NCBI GenBank assembly: GCA_028023455.1
Contig: JAQFVV010000009.1
Span: 3,162,001 to 3,226,000 of the forward strand
Source: Epiperipatus broadwayi
Lineage: Eukaryota; Animalia; Onychophora
Direction: 5' to 3'
Length of the DNA: 64,000 nt
Shown: positions 1-12,409 of the stretch, one piece after another
How the letters are laid out: each line of letters opens with the position of its first letter
How positions within the stretch are numbered: the stretch's first letter is position 1
Notes under the pieces: generated by a model
The model's input: the letters and a program-made list of their open reading frames with translations, nothing else
Database searches by the model: none
What the model was told of the DNA's origin: nothing
Made by a program: the position numbers and the translations under genes

Positions 1-790
1 TAGCTCAATCTTATCACAACCATCCATCTTTCCAGAAATCAGAACAACCACCCACACTATAGATACATTAGGAATATATACTTTTTCAAGTAATTCATAT
101 AGCACGTGCTACAAATTAACATCATATACACATTTAAAATACTTAAACTTAATTTCATATAATATTCCTTTAAATATATTTGAAACTTTTATTCCATCAC
201 ACATAAATGATCAAAGATAAATGATCCCCAAGATGCACATTTCATACTGAAACAGTACTCATCAGTAGGACCAGATCATAATCTATTACATATCTCTTCA
301 TCATTTGTTCACAGAGAGAGAACAAATTACTATAATTTAATTGACAGATTTCAAAATTTCTGCACTCACTACTTTTGATACAAACCATTTTATGGAAAAA
401 TAATTTTTGCTAGTCAGTTATTAATCTAGATATTATCTCTATTATGCCTTGCTTAATGAATAATATATCTACACTGTTATAAAGGCATTAACACCTGGTA
501 CTTTGCCATGATGACAGTTTTGGTAAATTTCACACCACTCTTGCCCAAGGCAGGGACTTGATTTTATCCCATTTTATTATCCTGTGAAGGGATGTACCTT
601 CCTTTGAACTGTAATTATATTTTCAAATTATATTCTTATCTTAGTGCATCTTTCATTTTAGCTCAATCCTATCACAATCATCCATCAGCCCGGAATTCAG
701 ACCAATCTCCCACACTTTAGGTACATTAGAAACGTACATTTTCAAATAATCCATAGCGCATGTTATATTATGCTCAATTATAAAATACAA
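1..790. repeat. Diverged direct repeat (1-~120 vs ~659-790)
   Basis: tagctcaatcttatcacaaccatccatc... at 1 recurs as tagctcaatcctatcacaatcatccatc... at 659 with colinear similarity for over 100 bp. First copy runs off the window edge; origin not identified. Confidence 0.6.
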
Positions 791-1454
791 AACCACTGAC
801 AACACCAGGCAGTATATTACTCTCATAGCTGTAATTTTTATAATTGTGCATGAATTTAAAAAAAAAAAAATTCTGTATAATATAATTCAGAAATTAAAAA
901 TAAAATCAATTAATTGTACTTTTTTATAATTGCAGAAGAATTTACAAAATAATATACATCAAAATGACATTATTTATTAGAAAAAAAAGAAAAATACTTA
1001 CAAATAGCATCCACTGCAAAAAAAGCTCTCTCCGATTTTTAAATCTCGAGGGTCAAAAAAATCCAAAAATTGAATTAATCATGTCAGTGTCTTGGTTGAC
1101 ATGACAACATTGTCATGTTATCATCGAAGATGTTTGCCAGAAGGAAAATTGGTAAGTATAAAACGTCTCATCGGTTGAATAATACTAAAGTACCATTTTG
1201 GTTTTAGAAATACTTAACCTTAACTTCATATAATATGTATTTAAATATATTTCAGTATATTTACATATAATATCAATTAAATAAATAAAAGCATTTATTT
1301 GCCAAATTTTCTTCACATATCAGTATTTTATTCATTATAAATTAATGATTATTCTTGATAATCACTAATATAATGTATTTAATAAACATAAAATTCATTC
1401 ATAAATTAATAAATTGTCAATGAGTACTGTGTGGATTTAATACATATGTGTGTA

Positions 1455-1802
1455 TGTAAATAGTCAAAATAAGAGTCATAGATCACATGACTCTATTCTC
1501 TTAAGCTTGTAAGTTATAAACAATGAGGATTGCCAATTCCTCAACAAGCTTTGTGATAAATGCTAAGCTAGAGAAAGCATTTAAAATATCTCTGTCAGGA
1601 CCCCCCCCCCCAAACCTCTGACCCTAGTTTCATGCTTTGTCACTTCTGAGAGAGGTGGTAGGGTAGGTTGAGAAGTGCCAAAGCATGAAACTAGGGTCAG
1701 AAGTTTGGGGAGGGGGTCCTGACAGAGATATTTTAAATGCTTTCTCTAGCTTAGCATTTATCACAAAGCTTGTTGAGGAATTGGCAATCCTCATTGTTTA
1801 TA
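1455..1802. repeat. Head-to-head inverted repeat, PLE pseudo-LTR-like family A
   Basis: Arms 1515-1647 and 1671-1802 are near-perfect reverse complements around a 23-bp spacer. Homologous to 31.9-33.4 kb repeats. atatgtgtgt occurs on both sides (1444-1453, 1800-1809). Confidence 0.85.
1614..1656 (-). ncRNA. Degenerate minimal type I hammerhead ribozyme motif
   Basis: Minus strand reads ACCTCT-CTCAGAA-GTGA-CAAA-GCAT-GAAA-CTAGG-GTC-AGAGGT: perfect 6-bp stem I, GAAA and a GUC triplet. Core differs from CUGANGA at two positions. The opposite arm has TTGAGAA-GTGC-CAAA-GCAT-GAAAC. Confidence 0.6.
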
Positions 1803-4639
1803 TGTGTGTGTGTGCTTGTATAATTACACATTACTTATGTAAACAAAAATTAATAGTTTCATGCTTGTCAAGCTAAATCATTGCCTTTGAATAATTAATC
1901 TTAAAATTATTAATTATTTTTATATGATTTTTATGGTATTCAATGTTGTCTTGTTCATCTCTGATTTATGTATACAATGGGCAACATATATCAATATTGA
2001 TAAGAATGCTTGAAACATGCAATCATTTTACTATAAAGTGATCTTTAGAAAATCTATATTCATTTATTTACACAATTTACCTTACATAACTAATTTAACA
2101 GATGTGTGCATAGTAGATTATAAGCATTATCACATCTGTCAAGTTAAAAATCATACAGATTACTCTTTGTGATATTGCCTCCATATTTTCAGAATTGTAT
2201 GAAGCATTTTTGAATTAAAATTTTCAAGTGCTTTTACATTACAATGATAAAGAATCATTATCTTACTTTCAAACAATAAATGACACTCATATACAATGCA
2301 AATAATTTTATTGAAGTAATTATATTACTATAACTTGTTAAATGCAGCAGCAACACATTGAAATCTTTGTTGCATCCCGGTGTCCAATATTTGAAATTCA
2401 ATGTAAAAAAGTAGACAAATATTTAAGTTAATTCACATTCTCCAGCTGTTGACCATAATAGTCAAAGTTCAAATTGTGGGTATTTTTTATTTTATTTTTT
2501 GTCTAACACTAGCTGAAATACTGAAATTTTATAAACATTAGTCAGTAAATCAGTCTTCATAGATTGCATTAAAATATTATGAATATTACCTAGCCCCACA
2601 TTGTATAGCTCAGTAGTAAATGTGAAAAGTCCATGAATTATAGTGCTCAAAGGTCACTTGTCCTCTTAAATGACAAGTCAGTCAGTTACTTTTAAATATT
2701 ATTTTACTTTATTATTTGAATTGGAAAGAACAATACAATCATCAATATATTATAAACGATCTTTTTAGCTATCTGAAATTCTCATTCTTACTTTTAATTG
2801 GTCCAAAATAAATATACCAAGATCAAACCTATAGTTGCTTTATACACCAGTTTTTAATTCCAATGCTTCAGATTTTTCATCTCCTGGAATAAAGTTTCCT
2901 TTTATAGATGTAGAATACAATAAACTGTGCATAACAATTACCTAATTTCAAGCATTGCTACAACTTATTAATTACTTAAGTTAAATATGGAATAATATTG
3001 ATAAAGTAATTTATTTAAATATATCATGTTTTTTTCAATACACTTTTTTTATGTGCATGGTAATATAAAAACATGTCTATAATGTTTTTAAATTCTTTAA
3101 ACCATATTGAACATGAAATTACTCATTTATAACTGAAAGCAATCTTTTTTTTTTTTTAAAAAAAAAAAAATGTTGTAGTGGATAACAATAATATTCCATA
3201 ATATTTACTCTTCTATCGCCTTTATTTTTATAAAAGTGAACTATAGAAGCATCTTTAAGATAAAGTGGCTTAACTTCATGAGTCCATATATTCTTAAATT
3301 TTTTATTAATTTGAAGCCTATATATTATCATCATATTTTAAATCTTCTCTAGATAAGACTTGCAGCCTATTCCATTTTTGAGATTATAAAGGGATGTTTT
3401 AACTTCATTAAACTGGACATTTTTATAAAACTAAATAAGCAGTTAAATGGATATATATGTATATCGGTAGAAAAAATTATCTGAAATTTTGTATTGTTAT
3501 TCAACAGGTGATCAGAAATATTCCCTATATCTTTTTAAAACATCATTATATATGTAAAAGAGGGCCATTCGTTGACTTAGTAACTTTATGAATTATGTTT
3601 TTGATTCATATATTAATTTTAATATATCCAAAAAAAGTTCTAAATTTATCACCATTCTTAAACGCCTCTATATTCTTAATCCATTGATCATTTTTAATCC
3701 TTATTGGCTTTTTCGAGCATGGAATGTTACCTCTCTTCTTTCACTCAATTATTTCAATAATATTATTATTGTCTGAAAACCAATAAAGATTCTTTTTTTT
3801 TTAGTGAACTTAAGAAAAAAATTATTTATATCAACAGCAAAGTCTTCAAGAGAGTTTCTTGCTTCAGTAACATGACAATATTGAAAATTCAAACTGATGA
3901 TAATGTTAATGTTTAAAAGCTGCTTAAATGCTATTAATAATTAAAAATATATTTGGAAATCAACATCATGAATGGATTAAATTATATGTGCCCCAGATTA
4001 TTTATGTCTACAAAAGCCCATATATTTAAGAACATTCTAAATAATTTTCATTTATATCATAATCTTCCAATCACTTTGTGCAATTATTTTTTATGTGATT
4101 AAACCTACCTTAGTGATAATGCCATAATACATAAAAATATTTTAGACAATTTAAATCCCACAAATCTATCTATCTTAGTCATTTTCACAATTATTAGAAA
4201 GATTAATACATAACTTTAAAGCTAATACACTATTATATATTTAAAAAGCAATTAATGCATTTCATAAATTATATGCTTTCACAATGCTTTTTTCTCATCT
4301 ATCTACATGACTCTAGTTCCACTGAAATCCTCTTAATAAATTCAAACTCAATATACAACTGATATACTCAAATGAATCTGCAGCAAGAATAAATATAACT
4401 TCACCTTTTTGAATTGTACATATAATTTAAAGATTAAATGGATTAGTAAAGTTATGAGATTTTGGTACACCCCCCCCCCCACTAAAATGGCAAAAGATTT
4501 AGCAATACTATTAATTCATGGTTTAGAAACTATTTAGATTACATTTTTCTCCATAGTAGTTATAAAAAATGTATTGCATTAAATCTCATTGACTAAGGCT
4601 GGTATCATACCATTTTCAGTTATTACTGATTAAGTAAAG

Positions 4640-6780
4640 GATGAAGCTTTCTAAGCTCAATCTAATTTATTTGATTCATAATCTCTTCTTTACGTTTACA
4701 CCTAAAAAATTCCTTATTTCATTCATTCATTTCACATGTGATCTATTTCTAGTCTTTTACAATCTCTTGGGTCCAATTTAAAATTTCAACATTCCACCTA
4801 TTATCATTTCTACTAGTAACATGTCCAGTCCAATTCCATTTCAACCTCTTAATTCTTTCACTGATGCCAATGATTATCTGTTAGAAAATCTCATCTATGT
4901 ATTTTATTTTCAATCTCTTATTATTATTACAAACATACATCTCTCCATAGAATCCATAAGTAAAAACTAGTAAACACATATATTAAAAAAACTTCTTATT
5001 CAAACTCATAGGCATATTTCCTTTTAATACTAAGTTATTGTTACCAAAAGCAATTTATCCAAATTTTTATTACAGGATTAATTTCATCCATTTTATTTAT
5101 ATCTGTATTAATAATCTGATTAAGGTATTGTAGTTGATAATTTTTTCTAATTTATGATTATTAATCTTTATTTTCTTCTTTTCAGAAAATCTATTGAACA
5201 ATTATTATTTTAGTCTTTTTAGCATTTATCTTCAATCTTATTTTTTACTTTCATCTGATAACTCTTAACAACATTTCTTGAAGCTCTGAAGCATTATTTG
5301 CACTAACAACCGTATCATTTGCAAAATCCAGATGTCATAAATAATCTTCATTTACTTTTAATACTTTAGTTTCTCATTTTAATTCAAAAAATTCTTCCTG
5401 TAAAATGGCTGTAAAAAGTGGATCCCTGTCATCCACTCTTTTCAATATTAATCTTCTTGGGATAATCATTTAATATTGTCACTGCTGTTGCATTTTGATA
5501 AATATTTATTAGAAAATGACAATATTCTGAGTCCATATCTCTATGAACCAAGACCTTAATCACCATGAAAATGTTTAGAGAATCAAATATTTTTTATAAC
5601 CTAAAAATTCAAAGTATAAAGGCAGCTTTTAATTATTGCTCTTATCTATAACTTTTTTCAATACTTGGATAAGATCTACTGTGATACACCTACTTTGAAA
5701 TCCAACTTTTTTTTAATTGGTTAGAATTCAACGTTCAATGTAGACAAATTGTAATGCTTCTAGCTAAAGATTTTGTATAAAACTGATAAAAGACTGACAA
5801 CTCTATATTTTCTAATATCTTCTTTATCATATTTCTAAAATATTAATATTATTTCTGCATTCTTTCAATCATCTGGTACATTTTTATCATTAGACATTTT
5901 CGTATGTAGTTTTTTCAAAAAAATTTCTATTTATTCACCTGTTTCTTTTATGGTATTGATTATAATTCCATCATTTCCTATAGCTTTTCCTTTTTTACAG
6001 ATTTAATTTCATGTCTCATCTTTTCATTTTAAAAAAATGATGATTTGGAAAATGTAGTAATTGTAAGAGATATTTTATTTTCTTGATTCTTTAATAGTAT
6101 ATAAATTTTATAGAACTCTTCCACACATACCATGTCATCTTGTTTTTCTAGAAATATTTCCATATTGCTTAAACAATTTTCTTTCTAATAGCAAGATGTT
6201 ATTTTATATCATTATTAACTCTTTTTCATAATATATTATTGAACACTAAATATTCAATTTTTTTAATAGATTATTTTTAAAATTTTAATATTTCTTCTTT
6301 TCTCATGTAGTGACTTATCTTAGTTAAAAATTTACTGATAAATTGTTTTTTTTTTATATCAGCTATCTTTCTTACAATTCTTAATAGAGTATTTTGTTAT
6401 TGATTTCAATCTAATGTGAACCACCTTTCAAGTTTGTTATAATTGAAATCCATTGCAGTGTTGCTGTAGGTTAGAAATATCAACTCTTGATATTGTCTTT
6501 CTTAACAGTTTTCATTTTGCATTAACACATATCTTATGTATCACTAATCGATGATCACTTCCTGCATTGAATACATTAACAATCTTGAAATACATCTTTT
6601 TTTTTATGTTAGCCAAAATATAAAACAATTCTTTTATACCTTTATTTGGATACTTCCATGTCTATTTTCATTTAGACTTTTTCTCAAAGAAAGAATTCAT
6701 ATCATTTTTTTCTTTTTCCGTAAACTTCATAATTGTGTCCTCTCTTATTCTTGTGATTGAAGTCTCCAATGATAATTTTA
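4640..6780 (-). mobile_element. Decayed RTE-clade non-LTR retrotransposon
   Basis: Minus-strand translation with stops and frameshifts gives KKGKAIGNDGI, KNAEIILIF*KYDKEDIRKYRVVSLLSVLYKIF (RT N-terminus) and ERIKRLKWNWTGHVTSRNDNRWNVEILNW (RTE-type 3' region). Confidence 0.8.
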
Positions 6781-7709
6781 AAATGTTAAATCTAATTAAA
6801 ATTGTTTTATAGATCTATATAAAAATCTGTTACTTCTTCATCACAATGAGAATTTATTGGGACATTATCTTTAATTGATAGCTTCCATTAATTTGATTAA
6901 TTAATTATCCCACTTTATCTGATATACGATATAAGATCATTCAAACATGCCCATTTAACGTGTCCTTAAGAAAACTCAATTGATATTTTAGTTAAAAGTT
7001 TCCAGACAACTGAAAAGAAAAATATTAAATTCAGAGGCAAAAAGTCAGTATACTAGCAGTTGCATTGACAAAAATGTATGGAGTGGATATCCTTGAAGCC
7101 TCAAAGAGGAATCACAGGATATCCTTCCAGATATCAAATAAAATTAATGATAAAAGTTAGCACTATCAAAAAATTGATTAATTTGATGGTGATACTGATT
7201 GGCATAATAATAATTGTATTTTATAATAAGTACTCCTTTAATATAAAATATTAAACTGACTATTGTCATACTGTTATCCAACCTTGCTTTTCTCTGATTG
7301 TTTATTTATTGACACTTCTAAAAAAATTATATTTATTTACTCTGCATCATGTTACCTTAGAAGAATTTGTCTTGATGTTACACTGCTAAATTATAAAACA
7401 TATCAAAATAAAAATTGTTAATATTTTTCATATATATTATGTACATATTTATTTTACTAAAGTTCAAACTTAAAACTAAAGAAAAAAAATTTCAATTAAT
7501 ATTTAAAAAAAAAAAAGTTGCATTTAAATCAAAATGTGTATACATTTCATAGTGTAATGATAGTACATCTGTTTTACTATGTTTTAAACTGAATTTGATC
7601 CAGATTGAGTAGTGTTTGAATACTTATTCAGATTCCAATGAGGCTTGGATTTTTTCTGTTCAGGTAGATAGTTGGACCATATCCAACTCAGCTAATGACC
7701 CAATATGGT

Positions 7710-7848
7710 TCAGTAAATGATTATCATGCAATATTTTCTAGAATGAAACTTGAAAGAAAAATTGCTCCAACTCATCTCCTGACAGCTAATCAAGATTGGT
7801 GGTAATTCTATGGCTCTACTGTGAGGGGCTGTAGGAGAGTCCTCTGTC
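7710..7848 (-). CDS. Candidate exon of unknown gene (unverified)
   Basis: GC-richer patch behind acceptor aattaattactgcAG; one frame reads TEDSPTAPHSRAIELPPILISCQEMSWSNFSFKFHSRKYCMIIIY*. No homology recognised. Confidence 0.25.
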
Positions 7849-8149
7849 CTGCAGTAATTAATTAATAGTAATATATGAATTGTGTTAAAACTAAATTAGA
7901 CTTTTTCTCTCTTTTCTTAATACTGATTTTATCTGTATTAGATCATAATTTTATTTAGTATGTTTTGTTTATTTATTGTTATTGAATATTGTTAATTATC
8001 TTGATGGAATTTTTTTGTAGTTATTATTTGATTATTATTAACATTTATAATCTTTTATTTATAAAACTAAAGATATGTGAGATAGTTTTTTTTCAAAAAA
8101 GAAATGCAAACCAACAAATGTAAGTGCCTTAGTTAATATTTATGAACTA

Positions 8150-9750
8150 TAAAATAATATTTGTGGATAACCTAAGCCATTAAACTCTGAGTATTTGAAG
8201 CAGAAGAAATATAAATTATATCTATATTTTTGAATTTAAAAAATGATATAGTAAACATTATTTGATAACAAATATTAGGCAAAACTCAGGATACAAAAAA
8301 TAGGATTCTCAAAGTAAAAAAAAAAAAGATGATTATGATATACATCCAAAACATAGGTTAGAGAAGAAACAGGAATTATTTTTTAAAAGTTCAGAAACTA
8401 AGAGAAAATTCATTTTAGAAATGTTACCATTATCAAAAGGATTTCACAGATTAATGGTTAATATATTTATTTGCAATGTCTTGTATTGCAAATGAATTCT
8501 CAGAATTTTTTTCAGGTCACATATAGGCTTTGAATTTTTTTCCCAAGTAATTATACCATAATCATTCTAATAAGCTATCCAGTTTTTCTCCCTAAAGTCC
8601 CATGTTAACCTAATTGAATGATGATGTACTGATTGTAAACTTAAAAATATAATTTTAATGTGATACAGCCTCTATAACTAGGGGAAGAGATTTTAATCTT
8701 ATGGATGCTAAATCCAGCCTTTACTTTTTATCGTAATTTGAAAAAAACTATATGGGAGTTCATATTAACATTACAAATCTTTGATTTAATCATCTTTCAT
8801 TTTTGCTATATATTAAAAAAAAAAAACACTCCAAAAAGATATGAAAAAGTGATTGACTTCACAGGAAAGTAAGAATGTAGAAAAGTAAAAGATGATAATG
8901 AAAAAAAAAAAAAACAGTACTGAAAACAATGTGTAAAGTATTGGATAAACTAGAAATGAGAAATAAAATAATAAATACCTCAATCCAGAAAAAAAATCCA
9001 TAGCATAAAATGTCATTCATGTCAGAGAATGGAGCATAGTTTAGAAAGTTATTATTAAATGTAGAATGTTTAAGATAAAAAATGCAAAGAATTAAGAATT
9101 TGAGACTCATATTTAGAAAGTTGAAAATTTTACTATATGAAAGGAAGATAAAAGAAGTGGCAGCCAAAAAAGAATATATTGCAATTAATAAAACTTGAAT
9201 AGTTTTTGAGATAAATTAGTACAGAATTCAGTAGATTGTGAAATACTGAAACATGATAATAAAAATACTTCAACAGAACAGATGAATATAAAGAAATGAC
9301 ATCAAACACACACTAAATGTAATACCAGACTGCATGAAATCTCAAAAAAAAAATGTGTAAGACAAACACACACACACATATATAAAATGAAGACGATATA
9401 GAATTTTAAAAAATTGACGATGATATAGATATTATTAATTGCAATTGATGAACCTGCAGGACACAATATAAATATACTATTAATTATTACTTCCTTAAGT
9501 GAAAGCAAACTTGTAGTAAGAACATGAATATATTTATATTTTAAGAAAATACAATAGAAATGAAAATAGGGAATAAAAAATGAAGATTATACAAAATTAA
9601 AGGCAAAAATGAAGTTTGAGTTGGTATTGATTATTGGAAAAAGATTAAGTGTATGTTGATGAAATGTTATGTACCAGAAGAAATTACAAAAGAAAAAAAT
9701 TACATTCTAAGGTAATTGGTGCATTTGACAATATACAGTCTTTTAAAAAC
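8150..9750 (+). mobile_element. Highly decayed LINE (RTE-like) remnant
   Basis: Scattered RT-like pieces (e.g. EKVENF-like at ~9115, RIAI-like at ~9175) broken by many stops; no long frame. Confidence 0.4.
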
Positions 9751-12189
9751 TTCAGTGAGCAAGGATATCCAAAAATTGTAATAGGATTGAAGTATAGGAA
9801 TAACAAATGATATTTTCCATAATGTATTTTTGATTACTTGTATGAAAAAATTAAAAAAAAAGATTTTGTGTAAATTTATTGTAAACATAAGGGACAATTG
9901 CAATAAAAGTTATGTAAAGCAACTGTCTGGATGCCCCATCTACTTTCTCTATATGTCTAATTTTTTTAAAAAAAATCTTTCTTAATATATAATTAAAATT
10001 AAATGATTTCTCTAAAATTTATAATTAATGAAAGAATAAAGTGCTCATATTATCATTCCATTATTAACCATTGAGAGGTCATTTACAAAAAAAGCAAAAC
10101 AACCAACAATCCAGGATTCATTTCATTCCTTGACATTATGATTATTTGACATATTTTAGAAAAATATTTCTATTCAAAAGATTTAAAAATATTATTCCAC
10201 TTTTTCAAAAACATGTAGCAAGCCACCATAAATTGGCATGCAGTCTTTCACTCTTTCTCATGGAATACTCAAATTGAAAATGGTTCTAAATCAGTCAATG
10301 TTGATTATATTATTATGATCCATTACAGAAATATACTCAACTTTATAACTAACCCTGCAAATGGGTAAGAACTAATAATAATGTTGGGATCTAAATCTTA
10401 ACTCAGCAAAAATCTTAATATATAAAATCATTATCACTTTTTACTTCAGATTTGAATTTCACTTATATTTTTGCCCCATACATAAAGAAGTTACATAGTA
10501 GCTTTGCAAATCACTACAATAATTGTCAAACCTCAGCATGTCATTTTTGTATTAAATAAGCAAAAAAGACAACCCTTGCTCACAGATCTCTAACCCCTAT
10601 TGATATATATTAAAGTATTTGCCAGTGTTTTTCTAAAAAAAGATTAGTCTAATCTTTTTAGTGCTTCATCAAACCTAAGTGTCATATGAAACTCATTATC
10701 CTTTCTTTATAAAAGGAACTATTAATATTATAGTAACCCAAATAGGCTTTCAAGGAACTTTTGATGTTAATCTGTATAGAATATGTCAGATCATAGACAT
10801 TTTTGTTAGACATTATATTTCAAATTTGTCCTTGTATTTTATATATATATAAAATCACTAACCTTTGTAAAACAGTTTCTGCTCTTGCATATGTAGATGT
10901 TATTGTTCACTAAAATGGCATACTAAATTAAAAAAATTTTATTTTTATTTTTATAGATTAATTTATCTTAGTCAATAAATCATTAGTATGACAATAATTG
11001 AGATGCATTCTTTTCAATGTATTTTGCTCTATCAAGGACATTCATGGCATAATCATTAGTACTTTATTTACAGAGATTTTACTAAATCAAATTATATATG
11101 ATTTCTTCAGATCTCATTTAAATTATCTAACTGCAAGATTATAAATGCCATAGTAAAAGACACTGTTACATATTGCTCTCCATTTTCCATCACAAATCAT
11201 ACTGTCATTCACATCAGCAAAGCAACTTTCAGCTACCTATTGAAATGCATCATGCAACTAATCACTAACAAAGTGCTCAGATCTTTAATATCCTAAAATA
11301 AAATTGGACTTACTGGCTATAAATAATTTACCCTAATTCATTAATAAGTTATTTAAAAGAATTTATGAAAATCCTTACGACAATGCTAATGTTCAAGAAA
11401 TCTTCAAATATTATTTATACATCTATATCCTTTTCTCAAAATGGATATAGCCTTTAAAGACACTTTCAATATTACTGAATAATTGGGTAAGTATATATAT
11501 AAATTGTATAAAAGCTTTGCTATATATATTTAATCATTGTTCAATCCTGATATATTTTTATCCCTAAAAAGTATTAATCTAAAAGAGAGATTGATTCCTT
11601 ACAGTTACATTAGTAAATGACCTTACATTATGGTTTCAATAGAATCTACAAGCTTTGCACTATTTACATTGAAACTAATATATCTTATCATAGGGTTCCT
11701 TATGCTTTGATGTGATCTGAGGGAGGGACTCAATAAAGTCATTCAATAATTAAAAAAAAAAGATAACTGTTTTTATCCTACTGCACTTGAGATTTCAATA
11801 CTTGTCTAGTTTTAGTATCTTAATTATCTCATCAAATTTTTATGATTGAAGGTCTGGGAGATCAATTCATCAAGGAGTTAAAAAGAAATTATTTCCAAGA
11901 CCTTCCTAATCATTAAAGTTGTTTTAGTAAATTTATTTCTATTTACTTCTTACATTATGATTAATTACATATTTTCTTATTCTAACATTCTTAATCAAAT
12001 ATTAAACTCCACTAATAATGTTTTGATCACCATCATTTAATTACTAGCATCTAAATTATTATATTTTACACTTTTAATCTTTAGTAAGTATATGGTCTTA
12101 TTGATTTGTTTGTTCCACTTAAATTTTTGTTTAGAAATATTATCAAAATCACTCTTTTCTTTCTTTTGCTGTGATATCCTCTATAAATA

Positions 12190-12409
12190 CAATTTATCCA
12201 AACCACTTCTAACACTTTTTAGAAAAAATCTTTATTTGTACATATATACATACACTTACATTTCAACTGTCTTGCAATCTTCTTCAGAGCCAAGAAATTA
12301 AAGTAAATTGTCTCTGAAGAAGACTGCAGGGCAGTTGAAATGTAGGTTTATATATATGTACAAATAAAGAGTTTTACTAAAAAGTGTTTAAAGTGGTTTG
12401 GATAAATTG
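12190..12409. repeat. Head-to-head inverted repeat with hammerhead-like core in each arm (family B)
   Basis: Arms ~12190-12290 and ~12311-12409. Plus strand 12314-12340 CTGAAGA-A-GACTG-CAGGG-CAGTT-GAAA; minus strand 12261-12287 CTGAAGA-A-GATTG-CAAGA-CAGTT-GAAA. Confidence 0.8.

Noticed and set aside
8813-9167. Hydrophobic minus-strand ORFs (67 and 102 aa)
   Set aside because: F/I/L-rich translations of A-rich decayed LINE sequence; the same applies to most 60-90 aa ORFs in the track.
10200-11500. Possible transposase remnant
   Set aside because: Looks like decayed coding sequence but I could not recover a diagnostic motif in any frame.
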